A DNA stretch of 64,000 nt from Lama guanicoe (Eukaryota). The notes beneath the pieces are model-generated. The model was not told the origin of the DNA and searched no databases. It saw only the letters and a program-made list of their open reading frames with translations. Below are positions 37,567 through 49,650 of the stretch, in pieces. The translations under genes and the position numbers were made by a program. The first letter of the stretch is position 1; each line of letters starts with the position of its first letter. The stretch covers positions 13,898,311 to 13,962,310 of the forward strand of contig MU056960.1 of assembly GCA_013239625.1 (NCBI GenBank). The letters are read 5' to 3'.

Positions 37567-38369
37567 GGGGAGGAAGAAATTTTCCTCTACCCTTCTGGGT
37601 TCTTCTGGACTATCTAAGAATTAAATTGACATGAGACAGATTAACAGGAGAAAATCAAATAGAAGTTTAATAACAGGTATGCAAGGGGGAGACCCAGGAT
37701 AACTGAGTAACTTGCCAAAATGGCCAAAATCCATACCTTCAATACCATCTTCAGCTAAAGACAAAGGAGGATATTGGGGAGGGGTCTGGAATTTCAAAAA
37801 GGAGAAAGGCAGTTGACATAGGTAGAAAAGCAAATGTTTGGTAAACAAATGTTTGCTGGGCCAAGTGGAAACAATGGGACACAGAGTGGACTCTGATCTC
37901 TTGGCCCTGCCAGGAATTTCCCCCTACCACGCCTAGAGCATACTCTTTGGCGAGATCTCTGGTGATAGCTCTGTTTCAGGAACAGACCCTAGATCTAAAT
38001 TTTGTAGGCAGTTTGGGGGAAAGGTCAAAGTTTCTTCTTGCGTTGTTTAGGCCTTCATCCTTTTCAGTTCAAAATAATTCACGTGCCAAAGAGTCATTTT
38101 GGGGTGGCAAGTTTTGCTCCCCTACACTGGTGACAGCTAAAATCTGGGTTTCCCCCACTAACTCTACTCTTTCAAAACTGCTCTTGCCAATGTCACGAAG
38201 GTCATTATGGAAAATGACAATAGCTAGTATAGGAAACAAATCCTGAAATCTCAATGGCTTAACAAGATGAAAGTTTAATTTCTTCATGTTATGGGGCAAT
38301 GCAGGTGGGTGGAGATGGCACTACTCCACGCAATCACTTAGGGTCCCAGCCTCCTTCATCTTACAGACC

Positions 38370-38961
38370 TGTTACTTGAAAGCTGGATTTGCCTCTTGAT
38401 AGGTATTGAGCTGATAGAAACAATCAAGCCAAAGATCAGGAGAAGGGTTTGTTATTAATTGCAGCGAGTAAGGAGGACACCGGGGATCCCTCCCAGAGCA
38501 GTGTCTCCCAGAACAGCAAAACTGGGGAACTTTTAAGCTAGGAGGACATGCATACTCATGAAAGGGCTGGAGCAGAGGAGAATTCAGCACAGAATTAGGA
38601 CAAAGGTCAACAGAGTCCAAGTCTTAATTGATTGAAGTCTGAGGGTCATCATCAGTCCATCCGCCACCATGGTTCCTGCTAAACTCAAAGATATATCACT
38701 ATGCATTTCCCTTGAGGAGGAACGAGGACTCTGCTTTATCACCGCACTATAGCTTGACTACTTTTTCTTTGTTCCTGCATCCTTTGTTCCCTTAAGATCA
38801 TTGATCACCAAGATGTGATCAAGGGCAAGCCAGGCTTAGATCACAAAATGGCTTAGGCCAAAATGGCTTCTTTTATATCCGCCCCCCAAAAAAAAGAGAA
38901 AGAGAGAAAGAAGCCAAGGCTGGCTCTTTTCCTTCAGGGACACCCACCCTATCTGCCTACA
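38370..38961 (-). mobile_element. ERV1-type LTR inserted in an MLT1-like MaLR (about 38205-38369 and 38962-39185)
   Basis: TGTTAC...CCTACA termini; shares CCCTTGAGGAGGAAC with LTRs A and B. Flanks carry MaLT-like ATCTCAATGGCTTAACAA and CACATTCTTGGCTAGAATTCGGCCACAT. No clean TSD. Confidence 0.55.
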
Positions 38962-39199
38962 CTCTCCTCTGGGTGCTTGGAACCCACTCCACAGAAGATC
39001 ATATAGGAGGAGTTGATGGTTCAGGTCTGGAAATGGAGCATGTCACCACCACCCACATTCTTGGCTAGAATTCGGCCACATAGCCTCACCTACAAGTAAG
39101 GGAGGCTGGGACATGTGGTCTAACTCAGGAAGAAGAGGCAAACTTGGCATCTGGTGTACACTCTTAGGGTCTACCTCAGCCACCAAAGGCCTCCGTGTC

Positions 39200-39720
39200 C
39201 ATTCATCCAGCACTCACTTCTTAAGCCTCATTTTACACCACCTGTCAGCAATATTGGGCGATGTTGGCTATCCCCTATCTTCTTGAAACACTCTATTCTT
39301 GGCATCTTTACCTTTCTCTGGGTTTTCTCCAACACTGCTAGACACTCCTCTTCCACCCTGAAGTGTTGGAGGTCCTCAAGCTGGATCCTCAGCCCTCTCC
39401 TCTCCTCTTTCTCATCTCTGAGCAATCTCACCTGTGTCAGATGCTTCAATCACAGCAGGTTATTCTCATGACCTTGAATCTGTCTCCAGCCTGGCTTCCC
39501 TCCTGAGCTCAAGACTCTGGCATCAAACAGCCTCCTGGATGTCTTCATATAGATATCTCAAACTCAACATTCTCAAAGTGTTAATATCCTCTTTACCCTA
39601 AACCTGCTCCTCTTCCTGTGTTCCTGAACTGTGAACCACAGCATCAACTCTGGATATCAGCTTCCTATCTGGATGACTGCAAACAGTCTTCCAAATTCTG
39701 CCTGCCCAAACTATGATCCT
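39200..39720 (+). mobile_element. L2 LINE fragment
   Basis: CTTGAAACACTCTATTCTTGGC...TCTCAAACTCAACATTCTCAAA...AAACCTGCTCCTCTTCCTGTGTTCC. Confidence 0.65.
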
Positions 39721-39863
39721 CTACAAAGTTTCTCTAGGCTTGTGCTTCTGAAATTTCAGCTGCATAGAAATTACCCAGAGAGTTTGTTAAAATGCAGAAT
39801 CCTGGGCTCCACTGCCATCCTATCCCCCAGCAATTTGATTCAGATTTCATTGGTCTAGGGTAG

Positions 39864-41265
<1,402 letters not shown>

Positions 41266-41282
41266 AAGAATTTGCATCTCTA

Positions 41283-42105
41283 AAATCAAAACAATGAGGT
41301 ATCACCTCACATCAGTCAGAACGACCATCATTAAGAAGTCTACAAATAATAAATGCTGGACAGAGTGTGGAGAGAAAGGAATCCTCCTACACTGTTGATG
41401 GGAATGTAAATTGGTGAAGCTACTATGGAGGACAGTACAGAGGTTCCTTACTAAAATGAAAATAAACTTACCATATGATCCAGCAATCCCTGGGCATGTA
41501 TCCAGAGAAAACTATAATTTGAAAAGACACATGCATCTGCAATGNNNNNNNNNNNNNNNNNNNNNNNNNNNNNNNNNNNNNNNNNNNNNNNNNNNNNNNN
41601 NNNNNNNNNNNNNNNNNNNNNNNNNNNNNNNNNNNNNNNNNNNNNNNNNNNNNNNNNNNNNNNNNNNNNNNNNNNNNNNNNNNNNNNNNNNNNNNNNNNN
41701 NNNNNNNNNNNNATACTAAGTGAAGTTAGTCAGACAGAGAAAGACAAATATCATATGATATCACTTACATGTGGAATCTAAAAAAGCATACAAATTTTAT
41801 TTACAAACCAGAAATAGACTTACGGACATAGAAAACAAACAATGGTTATCACAGGGGAAGTAGAGGGGAAGATAAATTAGAGGTTTGGGATTAGCTGGTA
41901 CAAACTACTATATATAAAATAGATAAACAAAAAGATGTACTGTATAGCACAGAGAACTATTTTCAATTTCTTGTATTAAGCTATAAGGTAAAAGAATCTG
42001 AAAATATATTTATGTATATGTATAACTGAATCGCTTTGCTGTACATCTGAAACTAACATTGTAAATCAACTACACTTCAATAAAAGATAAAACTAAAAAA
42101 AAAAA
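41283..42105 (+). mobile_element. 5'-truncated L1 (ORF2 3' end plus 3' UTR)
   Basis: ATCAAAACAATGAGGTATCACCTCACATCAGTCAGA...CCATATGATCCAGCAATCCC...AGACAAATATCATATGATATCACTTACATGTGGAATC...AATAAAA plus A tail; N gap at 41545-41712. Confidence 0.9.
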
Positions 42106-42222
42106 TTTTTTTTTTTGCATTTCTAACAAGCTCCCCTAAGGCCCTCCCCTGGAGCAATCCAAGCTAATGATGTTGACACAGCTGCACAAGTCTGTGGACC
42201 ATACTTTGAGGAGCAAGGCTCC

Positions 42223-42394
42223 CTGTGCTGTCCAATTTGGAGGCCACTAGCACAGATGGCTATTTAAATTATTTAAATAAATTTTAAAATTCTTTCCTCA
42301 GTTGCACTAGACACATTTCAAGCGCTCAACAGTCACCTGAACAACATATATTATAAAACATTTCCATCACCGAAGAAAGTTCTCTTGGACAGCT
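42223..42394 (+). mobile_element. MER3/MER33-like hAT-Charlie relic
   Basis: Terminal inverted repeats CTGTGCTGTCCAA...TTGGACAGC, with internal GGCCACTAGC, CCTCAGTTGCACTAG and ACATTTCCATCACCGAAGAAAGTTCT. Confidence 0.75.
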
Positions 42395-42599
42395 TTGTAT
42401 ATGGATCTTGGTGACTGTTTTAAAAATAAAAGCTGATCCTAGTTCCCTCTTTGGTCTGCAGGAATTCAGAGGCTCCTGCTGCCTAAAAGCTCATGCTTTG
42501 GGGAAGCATTAAGGACGTCAGGAGCCGGGAGGGCACAGATTCGGTCCTCAACTCTGATACCTTGAAAACAGCTCAGAAAAGTCTGAGATCTCCCCAGGC

Positions 42600-42810
42600 T
42601 GGAGGCGGGCCATGAACTTTGAGTTCATTGGCTAGTGGTGGAGGGGGCGGGTTGTCAGCACATTCCTTTGATTGGATATTTGTCTCTTAGCGGAAAGCCA
42701 ATCATCCAATCATCGAGAGCAGTGGAAGCGAGGGTCAGTCTTACTGTACAGGCCCAGCCGCAAGTTTTGGCGCCCACCTACCCACCTGGCAGGTCAGATT
42801 GGCGGTGAGT
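42600..42810 (+). promoter_or_regulatory. METTL27: METTL27 promoter and probable non-coding first exon
   Basis: Five CCAAT/ATTGG boxes (42627, 42671, 42698, 42706, 42798), a GC box at 42644-42651, a donor GCG|GTGAGT at 42804/42805, and an acceptor CCACAG|G at 43122/43123 four nt before the ATG. Confidence 0.7.
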
Positions 42811-43126
42811 GCTGACCTTCTATCGCCTTAGAGGCCCTTCCACCCTGGAAGCCCGCTCACAGTGGCCGGAGGTAGAGAGGTGGGGGCAGATCCTCCCTCC
42901 CGCAATGGGGAACATCCCTTCCCCTTCCCGCAGCCCTGAGCCCCCAGGTGTCTACCCTCGCGCTCTCTGTGCTGAGTGTCCCCGCCTGTGAATCGGATTG
43001 CATTGTGCCGGTGGCCGGGAGAGGTCGCGTCCTAACAGCCTCCTCTGCTGGGGATGATGGGTGGAAGGGGAGGGGAGAGAGGATTAAGGTGGGCCTCAGG
43101 ACATGGAGGCTGGTCCCCACAGGAGG

Positions 43127-46100
43127 ATGGCTCAAGAGGAGGGCAAGAGCCTGCCCGAGGTGCAGGCACGAGTCAGAGCCTCGCATGGCATCACCGACCT
43201 GACCCACAAGCTCCAATTCTATGACCACTGGGCTCCGGACTATGACCAGGTAAACCTGCCAGGATCCATTCCTCTGCCTCTCTCAGCTCACCTGGCCTCA
43301 ATTTTCCTATCTGTAAAGCCAGAATAGTAAGCCTTGCATCATCCTAGGGCGATGAATGTGACAGGGAGGTGAGATCTGGGTGCAGTCCTGCAGTCCCATC
43401 TCCTCTCGGACTGGCTCCTTGTTAGCCTACACACAGTGGCCCTGCACTCTAACCAACTCTAGCATTCGAGATTGGCAGCCCCTAGAGATCCAGGGCCAAG
43501 ACCTTTTCACCCTGGGACTGCAGTCCAGGCAGAGGGGCTGCCTAGAGGAGGTGCCACTGAGGAGTTACTTTGGACTAAGCAGAGAGCAATGCTGAGGCAC
43601 ACAGAAAGGGCGCCATCAGTGAGCTGGGGGCTACTCTCCAGTCCCCGCCCCTTGGCAGAGGAAAGCACTTCATGCCTGGGTCTCCCCTCACTGTAGTCCC
43701 AGCAGGTCCTGGGCCCCCAACACACAAACAGAACTTGGTCTGGCTGTCCACAAGGAGGTCCCTCAAACACGGGCACAGGGTGGTTGTTGGCTCAGCACTC
43801 TGTCCCCAGGATGTGGCCACGCTGCAGTACCATGCCCCCCGCCTCGCAGTGGACTGCCTCACCCAAGCCCTTCCGGGCCCACCCCACACTGCCCTGATCC
43901 TGGATGTGGCCTGTGGCACCGGCCTAGTGGCTGCAGAGGTGAGGCCATCATGGATTCCCTGCCCTCCCTTCAGCCCCCACTTGCTCAAAATTCCTCTTAC
44001 CCCTGGCCCCAGATCTCTGCCTACCCCTTCAGACTCACTGCTCCCACACTTGGGCCACATCCACTGTAGGGCACGCTGTCCTCCCTGAGGTTCAGGGACC
44101 CAGCTGGGACGTGGCCGGTGTGAACTGTGACTGAGTTCCCCTACCCTAGCTACAGGCTCGGGGCTTCCTCCAGCTGCATGGGGTGGATGGGAGCCCAGGA
44201 ATGCTGAAACAGGCCCGGGTCCGCGGCCTCTACCAGCACCTCAGCCTCTGCACCTTGGGCCTGGATCCTCTGCCCAGCGATGAAGGTACTTCTCCTCCCC
44301 TTTCGAGACCCTAAGGCCTACCCACCCTCTGACTGAATCCACCTGACAGAGGCCCTCTCTTTTGCCAAGATTCTATCCCCCTTGCTGAGCCCTCCACGAG
44401 CCTCTTCCCACACTGAGCCCCTAGTCCCCTTCTGAACCTCCCAGTGCCTCTTGGAGACGCTCTCTCTGAGCCCTCCATCTCATGATCTGATCTCAGCCCA
44501 GGACTGGGCCACACCTGCCATATCCCCCACAGGGTCTGTTTCCCACAGACACCAGTGGCAGGCCTGGTCCCTCCCCAGGTCCCACCATGGGTACCGTCCT
44601 CCAGGGTACTCCGAGTCCACACTGAAGACCAGCCAACACACCATATCCACACCCCCACACAGGGACCTTTGATGCGGTACTGATGGTGGGTGCCCTCAGT
44701 GATGGCCAGGTGCCCTGCAGTGCAATACCTGAGCTCCTGCGAGTTACCAAGCCAGGTGAGAAGCAGCCCATCCAACCACACACACACACCTTCCCTTCCC
44801 CACACCCACAGACACAAGCCTCAGAAATCCTCAGGCCAAGTGAGGGGTACGGTTGCACCCAGGATCACAGCCTAGCATCCCAGCCGCCAGCTGGCAGCGC
44901 AGGCTCAGCCTCACCTGCCAGCATCAGCAGACCCAGGCAAACAGGCCGGATGGACAGGTGGCCAACTTGCTTATCCATTGGGAAAACAGAAACAACTCCA
45001 CTCTCCTCTCCAGCCTCTGTTTTCTCAACCTATAGGCAGAGTGGCACCATCCCTTCCCCGTAGGATTGCAGTGAGAATTGGGTAAAATAGAGTCTGTAAG
45101 GTCTGTGTTTCAGTCCTGGCACATAGTAGGGGCTCAGTTCAGTTCCTTCATCTTCTAGCTTCCTCACTAACCCAGGGACAGCTGTTAGGTGAGTCTCTTT
45201 ATCGTTTGTGGCCTCAGTTTCCTCATCTGTGAAATGGGTCCATTCAGGTGAGCTGATGGATGTGAGCACTTTTCTGTAGACTCCACACACAGGGCTGAGG
45301 TGCAGGTGAGGATTGTGTTTAAGGTGCTCCTACTGTGTGCCTTGCCCCATGCTTGCCTCTGCCCTGGGGAGAAGGTACACACCCCACCCACCACGCCATG
45401 GGAAGGGGTCAGGGGAAATGACCAGGCCAGAGGTGGGCCCACAGGACTGTGTGTGCTCAGTACACCGAGAATCTAGAGAAGGAGGCATTTCTGATAGCTG
45501 GGGTTGGAGGGAGGGGCAGTCCTCACAGGAACACAGCCCAAGCGAAGTCACAGGCAGAAAGAAAGGAGACTGACAGAGTGTGAGGGTCATGAGGCTCAGG
45601 ACAGGTCCTCGCTGCAGAACAGAATCTGGAAGCCCCGAAGGTGCCCCATCACAGCAGGATTGCATCTCCTCCCTGCCCCACTCACCCCTGCCAGGCCCAG
45701 CAGGTCTAGTCAGGCCTCATCCTCAGGAACCACAGAAGCTGCCAGATTCAGGGACGTTGGTGATGTCAGAGAGAAATAGCGGCCAGGTCCAGGAGGATAG
45801 GAAACTTACATTATCTGAACCAGTAAGAACCAGGCCTCCTCACCCAGCATGTACTTGCCAGGCCCCTCAGTCAGCCAAAGAACTCTTTGCCTGTCCACGT
45901 GTCACAGGCTCCCCTGCTTCAGAACCTTTCCTTTCCCCACTCTCCAGCAGCTTCTTACCCCTTCCTCCAGGAAGCCTTCCAGACATTAGTCTCTCCTAAG
46001 AGTATCTGAGCCCGCACTGGGTATACTGTAGGTGCCTAAAGAGACCTGGAGTGATGAGGTCATTCATTCGTTCAGCCAGCGCTTACTGACTGTGCCGGCC

Positions 46101-46725
46101 TTCCCATGAGACAGGGATAATCACCCCACACTACCAGCTGGGAAACTGAGGCTCCAAGAGGTGAAGGGACATACCCAAGGTCCAAAGCCCGTGTGTGTTC
46201 AGACACAGCCATATCCTCCAACAGAGGGCTGGGTGAGCAGTGAGAAGGGAGCCCCTTCTGTCAAGGGGATGAAGCCAAGAATTCCTAGTGTTAAGGACAC
46301 TTGGGCCTTGGAGGGTACAAGGAGGCCATCAAACTGAGGAAGCAGAGGGTGTTTCTTGGGGAGGGATCAGTGAGCACGAGGGACTTGGAGATGGGAAAGG
46401 CTGGCCTGGGGACAAAGCTGGGAGAAGTTCCGCCCTGGAGCAGGAAGGGGACAACCTTCCCTGTTGGCTCCTCCCCCGCCCCTCCCCAGGTGGGCTGGTG
46501 TGTCTGACCACCAGGACCAACCCATCCAACCTTCGATACAAAGAGGCACTGGAGGCCACCCTGGACAGGCTGGAGCAGGCTGGGGTGTGGGAACGCCTGG
46601 TGGCCTGGCCTGTGGACCGGTGGGAACTGGCCACCTCGGAGCTCGAGCTGGGGCCTGGCGCCTCTGACAGCGATGGCTTCATCTCCGGCATCGTCTACCT
46701 GTACCGCAAACAGGAGGCAGGTTGA
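43127..46725 (+). CDS. METTL27: Methyltransferase-like 27 (WBSCR27), coding exons 43127-43249, 43810-43938, 44150-44285, 44663-44755, 46490-46725; 238 aa
   Basis: Translation MAQEEGKSLPEVQARVRASHG...FYDHWAPDYDQ|DVATLQYHAPRLAVDCL...ILDVACGTGLVAAE|LQARGFLQLHGVDGSPGML...|GTFDAVLMVGALSDGQVP...|GGLVCLTTRTNPSN...YLYRKQEAG*. Contains class I SAM-binding motif I (LDVACGTG). All introns are GT-AG and the exon lengths sum to 717 nt. Confidence 0.95.
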
Positions 46726-46850
46726 GGGAGCAAGTCCCAGCACCTCGCCCCCATCTGGCCTCTGATCCTCCCTGCGGCCTCGACCTCCTCTGCTTTACCT
46801 GTGAAGCGGGGCCACTGTGCCAGCCCTGCCCCTTGGGGGAAGCTGTCCCT

Positions 46851-46856
46851 ATTAAA
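46851..46856 (+). terminator. METTL27: Probable METTL27 polyadenylation signal ATTAAA
   Basis: ATTAAA about 125 nt after the stop codon, followed by a GT-rich stretch (CTCTGTGGTTCTT). Confidence 0.6.
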
Positions 46857-47692
46857 CGAGCCCCAGAAGGGGCAGCAGAATGCTGGCTCTGTGGTTCTTC
46901 ACCCCAGGAAAGAGGACATCTGTCCCTAAGAAGGACAAGTGAGAAGAGACAGGACTGAGGGCCCCCACCCCCGGCTGTCCCTGCACCAAGCACGGCAGGA
47001 CCACAGATGTGACTTTCCGACTCCTCCCAGGGCGGTGGGCCCCCACCCCTAACCCACATACCAGGAGCCCGGGCTTACACGTCTGGGCCTGTGACGCTTC
47101 CACGGGTCCAGGCTTCGGTGTCATCTCTAAAGGGATCGGAATGTGGCGCTCCAGGCGGAGCTGTGAGGCAGGTGAAAGGGCAGCATGGTGGTGAGAATGT
47201 GAACAGGGCAGATGATAATTCCTCCATGCAGGAGCCATGGGAAGGCTTCACGGGGGAGGAGGCTCAGAGCTGGGTCTTCAGGACGAGCAGGATTCAGAAG
47301 GGTGGAGAAGGGGAAAAGGACATTCCAGGATGAGGGCAGGGACGGCCTGAGCAAAGGCTGGGAGACAGGACCTGGGGGGTGAGCAGACCAGCCTGGCTGC
47401 CCAGACAAAACTGGGACAAAGGAGAGGAGGGCAGGGAGCGCACCCCCCAGGACTGGCTGTTTCATCTGTCCTCCCCCGCTGGGTTCCCCAGCACTTAAGG
47501 GTCCTGGGCTTCACCCTCTAACAAACAGAGGGCTTGAGCAAGGTGATTCCAAAGGTCAGGGCCAGTTTCACTACCTCACAATTCCCCCAAACCAGTTTTG
47601 TGTGTTCCTGCCTGGGGTCCAGGCCCTCACCCTGTCCCGCCTACCTCCACAGCTGAAATCAAACGATAGAGCCTTCCTGTGCACAGGTCCCA

Positions 47693-47698
47693 TTTATT
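47693..47698 (-). terminator. CLDN4: CLDN4 polyadenylation signal AATAAA (3'UTR about 47675-48572)
   Basis: TTTATT on the plus strand within an AT-rich block about 880 nt downstream of the CLDN4 stop. Confidence 0.75.
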
Positions 47699-48572
47699 GT
47701 AGAAAATAATAGCAATTACCGTGACAAATAGTTTAAATTACAAAACAGAAACCACATAGGAGACAAGGAAAAGCCCAGGACTTCCTGGGTTGAGGGCCAG
47801 AGACAGACCGTTCCCCTGCCCTCCCCAGGCTGACCAATGACCTTGGCAGGGGTGGAGGACCCAGAGGTGGCCAGTCTCAGGGGGCCTCGGGGTCCTTCTG
47901 CTGAGGCTGCAGAGGCAGATCCCTGAGGAGGCGGGGTGGGGGCTGGAAGGGGTGCGGGCAGCCTCGGCTGCCTCTCTGACCCCCTCCCCCACCACTACCC
48001 AAACCAGTTTGTGGCATCTCCGCCCCTCCCCTCTAAACCTGTCCGTCCACTCTGTGCTCAGCAACTGTGCTCCACGGGCAGGTGGGTGAGCAAGGCAGCC
48101 ATTCTCGTGGCCACAGGTTTCCTTGGGCTAGGCACAGCCCAAGTGCTCGCTGATCCACCCAGAGGATGCTGGCTGAAGGAGTGGGGAAGATCACAGAAGG
48201 GGACAGTGGGCAACATGGGCATGGTCCCGTCGTCCACTGGGCACCCACTCAGAGGCAGAGCCCAAGCAAAGTCAGAGCTGAGCTGTCCCGGCCAGCAGGA
48301 GCCAGCCCCCTGTATCCATAGTTATTCAGAGGAGAGTGATACAGGAGTCTCTTTCCATCCATCCTTGCTAGCGTTGGAGGTGGTCTTGGGAAGGTGCCTG
48401 AGAGGGCCAGAAGGGGCTGAGGGCTGCCAGCCAATGGCCTGGCTCAGTCCCTGCTTGCCCAGCCACCAGGAGCCTGTGGCTGTGGCAGGGCCATCCCGGG
48501 GTCATAGACTGCAGGTCACAGCTCAGTCCAGGGAGAAACAAAGGTGAAAGGAAAAGAGTCAACAGTAGCACC

Positions 48573-49202
48573 TTACACGTAGTTGCTGGCTGGGGCGGAG
48601 CGGGCGGCAGAGTACTTGGCCGAATAGGGCTTGTCGTTACGGGGTGGGCAGTTGCAGCAAAGCAGGCCCCCACCGAGCATCAGCAGACCAGCGGCAGCCC
48701 AGCCGATGTAGAGCGAGGCTCCCATCTCCCGCTTCTGGCCAGAGGCCACCAGTGGGTTGTAGAAGTCGCGGATGACATTGTGGGCCGTCCAGGACACGGG
48801 CACCATCACCAGCAGGCCGGCCAGCAGGAACACCACGCCGGCCACAATCATGGTCTTGGCCTTGGCGCTCTCATCCTCCACGCAGTTAGTGCACTTGCCG
48901 CCCACCACCGACAGCAGCACGCCCAGCACGGCCAAGATGATGCAGATGACGATGAGGGCGCGGGCCGCCTGCAGGTCCTGTGGCAGCGCCAGCAGCGAGT
49001 CGTACACCTTGCACTGCATCTGGCCCGTGCTCTGCACCACGCAGTTCATCCACAGGCCCTCCCAGATGGTCTGCGACGTGACGATGTTGCTGCCGATGAA
49101 GGCCGTCACGCGCCACATGGGCAGCGCGCAGCTCAGTATGGCGCCCAGCCAGCCCAGCACAGCCAGAGCGATACCCATCACCTGCAGCCCCATGGAAGCC
49201 AT
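48573..49202 (-). CDS. CLDN4: Claudin-4 (single exon, 209 aa)
   Basis: [19 protein letters not shown] start, claudin W-...-GLW-C-C signature, four hydrophobic segments, ECL2 NPLVA motif, C-terminal PDZ-binding YV, Kozak GCCATGG. Confidence 0.98.
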   Translation of the reverse strand: MASMGLQVMGIALAVLGWLGAILSCALPMWRVTAFIGSNIVTSQTIWEGLWMNCVVQSTGQMQCKVYDSLLALPQDLQAARALIVICIILAVLGVLLSVVGGKCTNCVEDESAKAKTMIVAGVVFLLAGLLVMVPVSWTAHNVIRDFYNPLVASGQKREMGASLYIGWAAAGLLMLGGGLLCCNCPPRNDKPYSAKYSAARSAPASNYV

Positions 49203-49429
49203 GGCTCAGCGTCTGCCGGGATCTAGGACCTGGAAGGCTGTGGGGATCCGGCCTTGGGGGCTGTAGGAGTCCAAATGCTGGGGAAGAACACTCTGCGTTT
49301 CACTACAAGCCCGGGGGCAAAGCCAGTTGGAGCAGCTCCGAGCGGGAGAGCCAGGGGCACAAGCCCGGCGAGTAAGACCAGACCAGTTCCTTCCTGCCAA
49401 CAGCTGCCGCACGCTGAGACGAAAGACCA

Positions 49430-49650
49430 GAGCAGTTATAGGGCTCGGCGGGAGGGGCGGTGGCTGAGGGAGGGGTTTCAGTCCCTGGAGCCGCCCCCTG
49501 ACCAGTTTCGCTAGATTCCTGAGCCTACCAACAAAGGCACTTTAAGGCCCCAGCCCTGGGCTCCTGCGTCATGACCTGGAGAGCCAGTCTCAGGAAACTG
49601 CCCTTTCCCCCTGCTGAGGCCCATGCTGAGGTCAGGCAGACACTGAGTCA
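49430..49650 (-). promoter_or_regulatory. CLDN4: CLDN4 proximal promoter
   Basis: TATA-like TATAAC (49440-49435), GC boxes (49454-49460 and 49491-49498), a GRHL-like AAACTGGTC (49508-49500), an ETS core CAGGAAA (49591), and AP-1 TGAGTCA (49644-49650). Confidence 0.7.

Larger units (their letters stand above)
36229..38126 (-). mobile_element. Outer ERV1 LTR 'C' (36229-36236 plus 37567-38126) hosting nested LTRs
   Basis: Termini TGTCAGGG and CCCCTACA with a perfect 4-bp TSD CTGG at 36225-36228 and 38127-38130. Minus-strand start TGTAGGGGAGCAAAACTTGCCACCCCAAAATG. Confidence 0.7.

Noticed and set aside
48772-49266. Long plus-strand ORFs (164 and 148 aa) antisense to CLDN4
   Set aside because: They are shadow ORFs of a GC3-rich CDS with no recognisable protein features.
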